NCBI GenBank assembly: GCA_963828735.1
Contig: CAWHFW010000005.1
Location: 1,024,001 to 1,088,000, forward strand
Source of the DNA: an uncultured Gemmatimonadales bacterium
GTDB lineage: Bacteria > Gemmatimonadota > Gemmatimonadetes > Gemmatimonadales > GWC2-71-9
Length of the DNA: 64,000 nucleotides
Reading direction: 5' to 3'
Below are positions 30,421 to 39,706 of this stretch, in pieces. Position 1 is the first letter of the stretch. Each line of letters opens with the position of its first letter. A model generated the notes under the pieces. It ran no database searches, was not told where the DNA came from, and saw only the letters and a list, made by a program, of their open reading frames with translations. The translations under genes and the position numbers were made by a program.

Positions 30421-31881
30421 CTACTTTGACACCACGGCGAGCGCGTTCACTTGGCCATGGCCGTAGAAGCCGTTGTACCCCGCGCCGCCCTGGCAGGTCG
30501 CAGGGAAAAATCCACCGGGATTGAACGGATTGGGCGGGCAGGCCACCGGATCTGCCGTGCGGGTAATCAGGGCCTGCACCGCACCCGGGGACAACTTGCC
30601 GTGCGCGGAGATCGCCAAGGCCGCAACACCGGCGACGTGCGGCGACGCCATCGACGTTCCCTCGCTGAATGCCCAGCCGCCCGGGACGGTCGACAGGACC
30701 AATCCCTCAACGAAATCCTGGGTTTGGAATGGGAAGTCCCCGCCTGGCGCGACCACCTGGACGACTCCGACCCCGTAGTTCGAGTAGAAGGACTTCTGCA
30801 TCGCGTGGCCGTTGGCCGACACGCCGATCACGCCTGGGATCTCCACCGGGATGACGACGCATGCGTTCGTCACCTCACGTGTCTGCGGCGTGCCGTTGTC
30901 CGGACTAATCTCGTCGATGTTCCGCTTCGAGAGATCCTGGTTCTCGTTAGTCAGTGCCGCGACGACGGTCACGCCCTGCTGCATCGCGTAGCGGATCGCC
31001 CGCTGCTCGGCCTTCCAGATCGCCCGCTGACCCGGGTCATTACGGCAGTTGAAGAGCCAAGGGTCGGCGAAGTAGCTGTTGTTCGTCACGTCCAGGTGGT
31101 GCGAGCCCGCCCACATGAACGCGCAGATCACCGCCTCGGGGAAGATGAATCCGGCGGCGGTGGCGGCCTTGATTGCCGCGATTTTCACGTTGGGCGCGAC
31201 GCCGACGATCCCGATGCCGTTCTTGGCCGCGGCGATAGTGCCAGCCGTATGGGTGCCGTGACCGTTGTCGTCGGCCCAGGCGGCCGGGCTAGGATTCGCG
31301 ACGCCGCCGACGCAGGAGGCGCTGTTCGCGAAGTCCACGTTCGCCGCCAGGTCGGGGTGCGTAAAGTCGAGTCCGCTGTCGATGTCGCCGACGACGACGG
31401 ACGGGCTCCCACCGTTGATCGCGCGGGCCTCGGGGTCATGGATCTGCACCATGTCCCACTGAAGCGGGGACAAGGGGTCGTCCCCGGGAGCTGGTGTGCT
31501 GCCGGGCAACGGCCCGGCGGGGCGCATTTTCTCGGTGAGCCGCGTCGCGAAGCCGGCCGTGGCCGTTGAACCCTCGACCCTCTTGTCCTTCACGATCTTG
31601 TCGGCGAACGACGAGCTCGCTGACCGCGCGATCGCAACACCAATCGCGTCATAGCGCTCGACGAGCGTTCCACCGGCGCCGGCAATTGTCTTGGCGGCAT
31701 CGCGCGGGACTGCCGTTCCGTTGTAGAGGATGACATAGGTGCTCGCCGCGCCAGCGCTCGCGCGGGATGAGGCTACGACGTTTGGCGGGGTTCCAGGATC
31801 GGTGGGGGTGGGATTCTCGCTGCACGCGAGAGCGACGATCCCGAGCGCGACGGCCGGGAGCAGTGGGGAGATGCGTTTCAT
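30421..31881 (-). CDS. S8 subtilisin-like serine peptidase, lipoprotein
   Basis: Lipobox ALAC; DIDSG, HGTHTAGTI, GTSMASPHVAG. Confidence 0.9.
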   Translation of the reverse strand: MKRISPLLPAVALGIVALACSENPTPTDPGTPPNVVASSRASAGAASTYVILYNGTAVPRDAAKTIAGAGGTLVERYDAIGVAIARSASSSFADKIVKDKRVEGSTATAGFATRLTEKMRPAGPLPGSTPAPGDDPLSPLQWDMVQIHDPEARAINGGSPSVVVGDIDSGLDFTHPDLAANVDFANSASCVGGVANPSPAAWADDNGHGTHTAGTIAAAKNGIGIVGVAPNVKIAAIKAATAAGFIFPEAVICAFMWAGSHHLDVTNNSYFADPWLFNCRNDPGQRAIWKAEQRAIRYAMQQGVTVVAALTNENQDLSKRNIDEISPDNGTPQTREVTNACVVIPVEIPGVIGVSANGHAMQKSFYSNYGVGVVQVVAPGGDFPFQTQDFVEGLVLSTVPGGWAFSEGTSMASPHVAGVAALAISAHGKLSPGAVQALITRTADPVACPPNPFNPGGFFPATCQGGAGYNGFYGHGQVNALAVVSK

Positions 31882-31925
31882 AGGGACCCTCTCTTGAGCA
31901 GGGACGCCGTCCTGTTGACCGCCCA

Positions 31926-31965
31926 TAGGAGGCGAGGACCCGTGGCTTTGCGGCCCCGGGGTGCC
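31926..31965 (-). promoter_or_regulatory. Internally deleted riboswitch fragment upstream of the subtilase
   Basis: Minus strand GGCACCCCGGGGCCGCAAAGCCACGGGTCCTCGCCTCCT; P2 collapsed. Confidence 0.6.
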
Positions 31966-31982
31966 GCGCTGCTGTTGTCTCG

Positions 31983-32543
31983 TCAGTACGCCAGTGTTCC
32001 ATCTAAGGTGAACTCACCCTGGCCAGCACCCGTAATCGGATTGATCTGCGCCGTGCCCGCCAAGTCTGCCGTGCCGCTCGCCTGCGTGAAGCGGCCGCTG
32101 CCGCCTGAGAAGGCCTGCGTGCCCGCGAACGTGACCGTCGCGGTCGTCGGGCTGGTGAACGTGATCTGGGCGGTGCCGGTGAACGTCGAATGCAGCTCAT
32201 CGCCGTTCGCCGCCACGTAGACGCCGCTATTGGTGAGCGCCCCGGTGGTCACGTCGACCGTTTGCGTGACCACCGCATGAGTCAGCCCGAGATGGGAGAC
32301 CCGGCAGGTGTACTCGATCCGCTGGACCTCGATCGGGGGCGGCGGGCTCAGTCGGGTCACCACCGTGGTGCAGCGGCCGGACAGGGGGCGAGTTACGAGG
32401 GAGGGCTCAGCGCGTGCCGCCGCCGACAGCGTGGTCCGATCGGTAGCGTTCGACGACGTCGGGGCGGTGGCGTAATCGGGCGCGTCGCAAGCACCCACGG
32501 CCATCGCGAGGGCTGCAGCAGGATGCAAGCGTATGAGACGCAT
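31983..32543 (-). CDS. Secreted beta-rich lipoprotein, hypothetical
   Basis: GGAGG RBS, signal with VGAC lipobox; SHLG, ANGDEL and GGSGRF..ASG beta-rich motifs. Confidence 0.7.
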   Translation of the reverse strand: MRLIRLHPAAALAMAVGACDAPDYATAPTSSNATDRTTLSAAARAEPSLVTRPLSGRCTTVVTRLSPPPPIEVQRIEYTCRVSHLGLTHAVVTQTVDVTTGALTNSGVYVAANGDELHSTFTGTAQITFTSPTTATVTFAGTQAFSGGSGRFTQASGTADLAGTAQINPITGAGQGEFTLDGTLAY

Positions 32544-32588
32544 ACAGACCTCCGAGGCGAGACGTGGGCGTGCAAACAGCGCGCAGCG

Positions 32589-32707
32589 CTCGGCAGCTCG
32601 GCGGTCGTGGGGTCCTTCGTGGCGTCGACGGAGGGCGTCGCGGAGGAGGGAGAGGACCCGTGGCTTTGCGGCCCCGGCTTTCGCCGGGTGTGCTCTTGTC
32701 GAGGTGT
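32589..32707 (-). promoter_or_regulatory. c-di-GMP-I family riboswitch copy 5 with A at the G20-equivalent position (cGAMP-type variant)
   Basis: Minus strand CTCGACAAGAGCACACCCGGC-GAAA-GCCGGGGCCGCAAAGCCACGGGTCC...GACCGCCGAGCTGCCGAG; the best-conserved aptamer core. Confidence 0.8.
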
Positions 32708-32712
32708 TCGCT

Positions 32713-32741
32713 ACGGTACGAAGCGGTACATCAGGCGTCAA
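32713..32741 (-). promoter_or_regulatory. Sigma70-type promoter of riboswitch module 5
   Basis: TTGACG-N17-TACCGT on the minus strand. Confidence 0.7.
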
Positions 32742-32959
32742 GACCGATTGGCCTGTCTTGGCGACATGGGAGCTACGATTGGTGCGCTAGCGTACACAGG
32801 CCTGGTCGTGCGTGCCCCGATTCACGGACGATGAAAGAGGTCTCACCGCTTCTGACTGGAACTGAGCTGAAGAGCAAGATCTCTGATCTCTACGTGGCGC
32901 TCGCGTGCGATATGGAAAACCGGTTGCGGCGCTAAACCGGCTCTAGAGGGTCTCCCTCA

Positions 32960-33391
32960 CTACCAGGTGACCGCGTCGACCAGCCAGTGCGAACCCAGTT
33001 GGCCGGTGCGGTCGGGATCGAACGTGATCTGCACCAGATGGACGAGGCCAGCGCCCCTATACCAAAGCGACTGGGAACGACCGCTCGCCGTGGCGATCCT
33101 GTCTGTCTGGCTCGGGAGTCCTAGTGCGAGGAGCACTTCGCAGGCATCGTCCCCGACCGTAGGCACCGCGACCCCATGCCCACTCGTGAAGTTCTCGCTG
33201 GCCCGGCCAACGGCTTCCGCGGTCACCGGTGGCCGACAGTCGTACTCCATGAGTCGCGGGGCAGCCTCCTCCGCCATGCCGCCGCGATGGGTCGCACCGG
33301 CACAGGCGAGCATCACCAGGACCGGCGGTAGGGACGCAATAACGCGGAGCAGTGGTATCACCTGGGCCTCAAGCGCAACACCATCCCCCAT
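32960..33391 (-). CDS. Hypothetical lipoprotein (start uncertain)
   Basis: VLVMLAC lipobox-like segment; no recognised domain. Confidence 0.4.
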   Translation of the reverse strand: MGDGVALEAQVIPLLRVIASLPPVLVMLACAGATHRGGMAEEAAPRLMEYDCRPPVTAEAVGRASENFTSGHGVAVPTVGDDACEVLLALGLPSQTDRIATASGRSQSLWYRGAGLVHLVQITFDPDRTGQLGSHWLVDAVTW

Positions 33392-33519
33392 GGTATGAAG
33401 TCCTGCGAACTTCGGTGTACATCACCAGGAATGCCGGCCTTCGGGTCTGCGTCAGGACGTGGCCGGATTCGTCGTGGCATCGGTCCTTACTCCCCAGACT
33501 TGGCGGCTGCATTTGCGGG

Positions 33520-34050
33520 TTAGACTGCGGTGGCGTCGGGAACCCGATACCGCAAGCTGAGTAACCCGCTTGCGTACCTCTCCACCTGCTCGAGCGCGAG
33601 CCGGGTCAGCTGTGCTCCCGTCTCCAAGAGAGGGATGCCGCCCCCGAGCAGAACCGGCACGACCAGTACCTCCACGACGTCCACCTGCTTGGCCCCAAGC
33701 AGACTCCGAAAGAGACTCCCACCGCCGAAGAGCCAAATATCCCGCCCGGGCGCAGCGCGGAGTGCAGCGACGCGGGGACCCGCGTCGACCCTCACGACCG
33801 TGACGCTTGGGTCTTCGTCCGGTGGCAGTGTTCGTGAGAAGACATAGACCTGCCAACCCTGCGGCCAGGGGGGCGCGCCCGGTTGCCGAGTGAGTTGATA
33901 AGTGCGCCGTCCCAGGAGCACTGTGTCGACGGCCTCGTAAACCTTCGCGAAGTCCACCGCGGGGTCGTGCACGATCCAATCCACTTCACCGCGAGGCCCG
34001 GCGATGTACCCGTCTAAGCTCGTCGCAACGCGGTAGAAAACTCGACGCAT
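33520..34050 (-). CDS. Dihydrofolate reductase-like (RibD C-terminal domain) protein
   Basis: VATSLDGYIA, LLGRRTY, IWLFGGGSL, PVLLGGGIPL. Confidence 0.85.
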   Translation of the reverse strand: MRRVFYRVATSLDGYIAGPRGEVDWIVHDPAVDFAKVYEAVDTVLLGRRTYQLTRQPGAPPWPQGWQVYVFSRTLPPDEDPSVTVVRVDAGPRVAALRAAPGRDIWLFGGGSLFRSLLGAKQVDVVEVLVVPVLLGGGIPLLETGAQLTRLALEQVERYASGLLSLRYRVPDATAV

Positions 34051-34127
34051 CTTATTCCAGTCCCGGATCTAGCCGCTGTCTAACCCATATTCGACTTCAT
34101 TCCCTTGGCACCTGAAACCACCGCGGA

Positions 34128-37009
34128 TCAGGGGGCGATCGCCTGAAGCCCCTCGCGAGCCTCGACGACGTATGGTTGAAGCTCCGGATCGGCGCTGCGC
34201 CAGCCGTCCACGACCCAGCGGTACCCACGAATGGCTCGCGCGCGCTGACCCACCCGCGCGGCCGCCCGGGCCTGTACGAGGTTGGCCAGGACCTCGCTCG
34301 CGAGCGGGAGGTCGGTCCGGCGCCACATGGTCTCGGCCGCTTTCCCATTTTCCCCGTGCGCCGACCGCAGCAGAAGCAGGGCGAGCGGTTCGAGATAGCA
34401 TTCCGAGCACAGCGAATCGGGCAGGGCAGCGAAGCGGGTGAGTGCCGCCGCCGTATCTCGCCTGGCTAGGGCCAGGTACGCCTTGGCCGCCGCAGCGGTG
34501 TACGTGCCGAGCTCTCGACGCATCGGGTTGGGACTCGATCGGCCCAGCGAGTCACCTAGGGAACCCAACCGGACGATCGAGCCGGTGTCGCCCCGCGCCG
34601 CCCAGGTGGGCAGGCCACTCATCGCCGCCTCGAGATTGCCGGAAGTGAGCCATGCGCGGAAATGGACCTGCGCCTCGGCCGGAGGGACCCGGTTGAAGAG
34701 GGACAGCTCGGCCAGGAAGCGCGAGTTATAGATCATGCCAGGTCGTACGGCCGCCGCGGCCTCATGCAGATGCCCGCGGTGCAGGAGCGAGAAGACGAGC
34801 ATGCCGCTGCGAAACCCCGCGCTGAGCCACGGAGCGGAGGTATCCGGAGACGCGGCCAAGGCCCTGGCCACCCTGACGGCGACTTCGCTCGAGTCGACCG
34901 CCCCGTAGAATGGGAGCCAGGCGTGGAACAGGACGTTGGCCGGGACCCGGGCCAACCTGTCGATCTCCGTTGGATCATGTCCAGGGGTGGTGCGTGACAG
35001 GTCCAGCGCCAGCTGGATACCCGCTGCCGTCACGTCCCCCGGGGCTCGTCGGATGTACTCGCGCGCGTGGTCCCGCGCAGCCTGGAATCCCCGCACCCTC
35101 GCGGCCAGCTCGATGGCGTGGATGTAGGCGGGGGCGTAGGCCGAGTCGAGTGCGATGGCGCGCTCAAAATCGGCGAGCGTTTCTTCCATGGTGACGCCAC
35201 GGTAGATGCCCAGATGAACTCGCACTTCTCCGCGCGTGAGCCACACATCGCTGTCGTCGGGATAACGACGCACGGCCTCGTTGGCGAGCTTCGACAGACG
35301 CTGGTATTCCGCCCAGGTCGAGGGCACGTCGCTTTCCCGCAACGAATCGATGGCCACCAGGAGACTGTCCCGGGGCGCCAGGCCGCGGTTGAGCGCGCCC
35401 GCCCGGAGGGACAGAGCGACGGCCAGGGAGTCGCCCCCCGCGCGCTTCCAGGCCAGCACCCGTCCGAGTCGCCACAGCGCAAGGGTAAAACTGCTGTCGA
35501 GCGCGACGGCCCTCTCATACGACGCCAGCGCCGAGTCCCAGGCAGTCCGCCGGAACCACTGCTCACCCTCCAGGAACGCCTTCATCGCGGGCATCGAGCT
35601 GGACCCAAGGGATGCGACGCGCGTGAGCTCTACCCGCCGGATCCGCCCGAGCTCGGCCAGCAGCCGCACGGTCAGCGAATCGCTCAGGCGATCGAGTCGG
35701 GCGCTGGCACCCCGCAGCTCCAGATCGGCCAGCGGCTTCACCGTCGCGGCCTCGAACAGCCTGGCCTGGAGGCGAACCGAATCGCCGCCCGACGGCACGA
35801 GGCTTCCCACGAGCGTGAGCCCCGCGCCCGTCCGTCGCCCGAGCTCGGCCGCCGAGGGTTGGTCTGCCCGGCCGGTCCAGCGCCGGATGACGTTGGTCGG
35901 GGCGACGGTTCGCAGCCTGCCCGCGCCGTCGAGGTTGCGCGCCAGCAAATCCACGAGGCCCTCGCGCCAGAGCTGAAGCTTCGGGTCCAGCACGTCGAAG
36001 GGCGCGACTGCAAGCAGGTCGGCATCGAGTCTCGAGGCAGGGCCGCGAGTGCGCAGGAACAGCAGGGACGCGCCCGATGCCAGGACCAGGACGGCGGCCA
36101 CGGCCACGCGGCGCAGACGACGGCTTCGCCCGAGGGGGGCGGCACCGCGGTGACGGCCACCGTCGCCTCGGGCGGAGCGGGCCGGTCCTCGGCGACCGCT
36201 CGTGCAAACTCACCGGCGGTGCCGAACCTCGCCTCCGGCTCCAAGGCCAGGGCCTGGTCGAGCGCCGCGCCGAGAGCGGCGGGGACATCCGGGCGCATCG
36301 TGTTGATCGAGGGCGGGGGTCCGACGAATCGCTTGGTGATGACCGCCTGCGGGGTCGGGCCGGTGAAGGGGGGCTCGCCCGCCAGCATCTCGTACAGGAC
36401 GCAGCCGAGTCCGTAGATGTCCGAGCGGGCGTCCACGGGGGACCCACTGGCCTGTTCCGGACTCATGTAGGCGGGCGTTCCCAGTGCCAGCCCGGTTGCC
36501 GTGAGCGTTTCGCCGCCTGCTGCCACGAGCGCATGTGCGATGCCGAAGTCGGCGACCCGCGCGTGTCCGTCGGCCAGCAGAATGTTCTCGGGCTTGATGT
36601 CGCGGTGGACCACATGGTGGCGGTGGGCGTAGTCCAACGCGTCGGCGATCTCCCCGGTGATCCTCACGGCATCCTGCACCGCGAGTCGCCTCTCTCGCTT
36701 GAGCCTGTCCCGAAGACTCTCTCCCTGTACGTATGGCATGGTGTACCACAACGCGCCGGAGGCGTGCCCCGAGTCGAGCACGGCCAGAATGTGCGGGTGG
36801 TCCAGGCGAGCCGTTACGCGGATCTCACGCAGAAAGCGCTCGATCCCTATCCCGACGGCGAGGTCGGGATGGAGCATTTTGAGCGCGACGGATCGATCGT
36901 GCTTGATGTCGTGGGCAAGGTAGACCGTGGCCATGCCTCCACGCCCGAGCTCGTGCCCGATGCGGTAGGACTCGGCCAGATCTGCCTCGAGTCGTCGCGG
37001 TCCTTCCAC
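34128..37009 (-). CDS. Ser/Thr protein kinase with TM, TolB_N-like and TPR region (frameshift near 36110)
   Basis: GRGGMATV, HRDIKPEN, DFG, GTPAYMSPEQ; continues in ORF 34128-36107 (LAVAPFDV, TPR-like helices). Confidence 0.85.
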
Positions 37010-37429
37010 GGGTGATCCGATGCTGAAGGGGATGGTCTCCAACGCTACAGGCTGGCGCAGCCGGAGACCAGACCTGCATGGGAGCGGCGGGAGATGACAA
37101 CCGGGCCCCGTAGCCGCGATCCGGAGGGGCATGGTCGCCGACGCACGCCTGATCCCGTCCGACCCGGCGTGCACATTCGCCACTCCCAACAACTCGCGGT
37201 GGCCGACAAACGCTGGGAGAATTGGCGGAAGGGAATTCCGGGGAACACCAGAAGGTGACGGATGAGCGCGCGCGCTCTCGCGCCCGGGTGGACGACGGGA
37301 ACGGCGGCTTCGGCGTCATCGAGATCACCGCCTCCCGTTCGACCTGCTCGAGCAGCTCGCGGCGATCTCGGGAGTGGCGGTGATCCGGCAGGAAGCGCGG
37401 CCGCCGCGCGAACGGCGGCGATCCAGGCT

Positions 37430-38377
37430 TCACGAGCCGTCGAACGCCAGCTCCTTCCGCGCCCGCCGCTCGAGCGGCACGAGACTGCGATACAGGAAAT
37501 CGTGCGCGGGCGTCTCGATCCCCTTCTCCCGTCCGAGCCGCACCACCGCTCCACTCTGCGCCTCGAGCTCGGACATCCGGCCGGCGACGATGTCCCGCTG
37601 CATCGAGGTCGTGCCCTCCGCCGGCAGCGAGTCGGTGAACGCGAGCGTCTCGGCGACGACGGTGGCGGGGAGTGCGACGCCGTGGGCCGCGGCTACCCGG
37701 CGCACCTCGTCCATGGCGCGGGCGAGCAGCTCGCGGGTCTCGGGCAGGGTGCGGAGCACGCCGATGGGCGCCCGGGTCACGGCGCCGAGCCCGCTCAGGG
37801 ACGAGATGAAGAGGAACTTGCGCCACATCTCGGCGCGGACGTCGGTGAGGGCTTCGGCGGTGAGGCCGCGCGCGCCGCCGAACGCGGCCTGGAGGCGGCG
37901 GACCCGGTCGCTCATGCCGCCGGCCAGCTCGCCGAAGCCGATGTAGGGCTCGGCGCCCTCGTGCCGGATCTCGCCGGGGGCGGACACCCAGGCGATGATG
38001 CGGCAGAGGCCGCCGATCACGCGGTCGGGACCGAGCGCGGCGCCAAGCTGGGCCGGCGCCTCGACCCCGTTCTGCAGCGGGACGACGAAGGTATCGGCAC
38101 CGAGGAGCGGGCCCATGGCGCGGGCGGCGTCGGGGACCTGCCAGGCTTTGACGCCGAGGAGAATGACGTCGGCGGGGCCGAGATCGGCGGGGGTGTCGGA
38201 GACGCGGGCGGGGTGGATGGCGAAGTCGCCTTCGGGGCTCGTGACGCGGAGGCCGCGCTCGCGGATCGCGCGGAGGGTGTCGCCGCGGGCCAGAAAGGAG
38301 ACATGCTCGCCGGCCTCGGCGAGGCGGCCCCCGAAGTAGGCGCCGACGGCGCCGGTGCCGAACACCAGGAAGCGCAT
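37430..38377 (-). CDS. panE: 2-dehydropantoate 2-reductase (ketopantoate reductase)
   Basis: GTGAVG Rossmann motif, GVKAWQ, LQNGV, MWRKF, SMQRD, SELE. Confidence 0.85.
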   Translation of the reverse strand: MRFLVFGTGAVGAYFGGRLAEAGEHVSFLARGDTLRAIRERGLRVTSPEGDFAIHPARVSDTPADLGPADVILLGVKAWQVPDAARAMGPLLGADTFVVPLQNGVEAPAQLGAALGPDRVIGGLCRIIAWVSAPGEIRHEGAEPYIGFGELAGGMSDRVRRLQAAFGGARGLTAEALTDVRAEMWRKFLFISSLSGLGAVTRAPIGVLRTLPETRELLARAMDEVRRVAAAHGVALPATVVAETLAFTDSLPAEGTTSMQRDIVAGRMSELEAQSGAVVRLGREKGIETPAHDFLYRSLVPLERRARKELAFDGS

Positions 38378-38479
38378 GTCACTCAATGAGTGCTACCATT
38401 GGTCCATTCGTTGGCCCCACGGCTCATGAAGGTGTTCAAGAGGCTTCAACCATCCCTCAGAATAATGGGGGGTTAAGAG
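38371..38479 (+). repeat. About 110-bp direct repeat with 50271-50379 (panE start, upstream region and site core)
   Basis: GCATGTCACTCAATGAGTGCTA...TCCATTCGTTGGCCC...GCTCATGAAGG...CCATCCCTCAGAATAATGGGGG(G)TTAAGAG in both. Confidence 0.85.
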
Positions 38480-38503
38480 AGAGATAGAGCTCAGCTGTTC
38501 ACC
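38444..38503 (+). repeat. Palindromic site family, site A
   Basis: CTTCAACCATCCC-TCAGAATAAT-GGGGGGTTAAGAGAGAGATAGAG...GTTCACC. Confidence 0.85.
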
Positions 38504-38774
38504 TTCCCTTGGTTCAGAGCTGACCATGGAACCGACGACAGGCCGTGGCAGGAGTCGACCGCTGCGGTATATAGGTGCATCTTGAGCAACGCCCACCTGC
38601 TTCATTCGCAGCGTCATTACGGCAGCTATCAATCGGGTTTGAGCGCAGAAGTGCCCTCGGCACGTAGGGTTAGAGCGCACGGGACAGGATGATTGATCTG
38701 ACACTGCGTGATTTACACTGCGGACACCGCAGTCTAATTCTAGTTAGGCCTCACTCGACCCTCCGGAGGGCGGC

Positions 38775-39539
38775 ATGGCGGATCTTCAGGCCTTTAGCCT
38801 CGAGGGCCAGGTTGCCGTTGTCACCGGCGGCAATGGCGGTATCGGCCGTGCTATCGCGCTCGGATTGGCGGGCGCGGGGGCAAGAGTTGCCATTTGGGGG
38901 CGAAATAGCGAGAAGAACGCGGAGGCCCTCGCAGCGTTGCGGACAGTGGGTCCTCCGACGCTGGCCTTGGCAGTCGACGTGGCGGACCGGAGCCAGCTGC
39001 AACCAGCGCTGGCCGCCGTCGAGAGGGACCTCGGGCCAGTGTCCATTCTCGTCAACAACGCGGCGGTCGCAGCCTTCGGTGGGGTCTTAGACCTTTCGCC
39101 GGAGGACTGGGATCGGGTCATCGAGACCGACTTGACGGCGTGCTTCCTCCTTGCCAAGTACGCCGCGCAATCGATGGTCAGGCGGCAAGCGGGCAAGATC
39201 ATCAACCTGGCAAGCACCTACTCGCTCTTTGGCTCCGCCTTCGCGCCGTCCTACAGCGCGGCCAAAGGAGCGATCATGCAACTGACAAAGTCCCTCGCGA
39301 TTGAGCTTGCACCCCACAACATTCAGGTGAACGCCATTCTCCCGGGCTGGATCGATACCGATCTTACGGGGCCGATAAAGGACATGCCGCTGTACCAGGA
39401 GATCCTGACGCGAACGCCGGCGGGCCGTTTTGGGACGCCCGCTGAATGCGCTGGGGCCGCGGTGTTTCTCGCGTCACCGGCGGCCCGGTTCGTCACAGGC
39501 ACGGCGCTCGTGGTGGATGGGGGGTACGCGATTCGATGA
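38775..39539 (+). CDS. Short-chain dehydrogenase/reductase (KduD/gluconate 5-dehydrogenase-like)
   Basis: TGGNGGIG, NNAA, YSAAK, PGWIDT. Confidence 0.9.
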   Translation: MADLQAFSLEGQVAVVTGGNGGIGRAIALGLAGAGARVAIWGRNSEKNAEALAALRTVGPPTLALAVDVADRSQLQPALAAVERDLGPVSILVNNAAVAAFGGVLDLSPEDWDRVIETDLTACFLLAKYAAQSMVRRQAGKIINLASTYSLFGSAFAPSYSAAKGAIMQLTKSLAIELAPHNIQVNAILPGWIDTDLTGPIKDMPLYQEILTRTPAGRFGTPAECAGAAVFLASPAARFVTGTALVVDGGYAIR

Positions 39540-39706
39540 CGCCGGCGCCGTTCAGTTGCAGGAGGCACACTCCGCTGGCTGTTCAGGGGAACGTTAGTTA
39601 GCGCATGAGCGAGCGGGTCGGTTGCAGCTGATGCGCAGGTCGTTAGGCAACCCCGATCCCCGCTGCCCCTTGGAACTGACCGCAGATCGCTGTGAGCACC
39701 GAGCGC

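Noticed and set aside
24199..32707. Repeated ~120-nt units as a CRISPR array
   Set aside because: Units are long, separated by whole genes and match a riboswitch fold; no cas genes are present.
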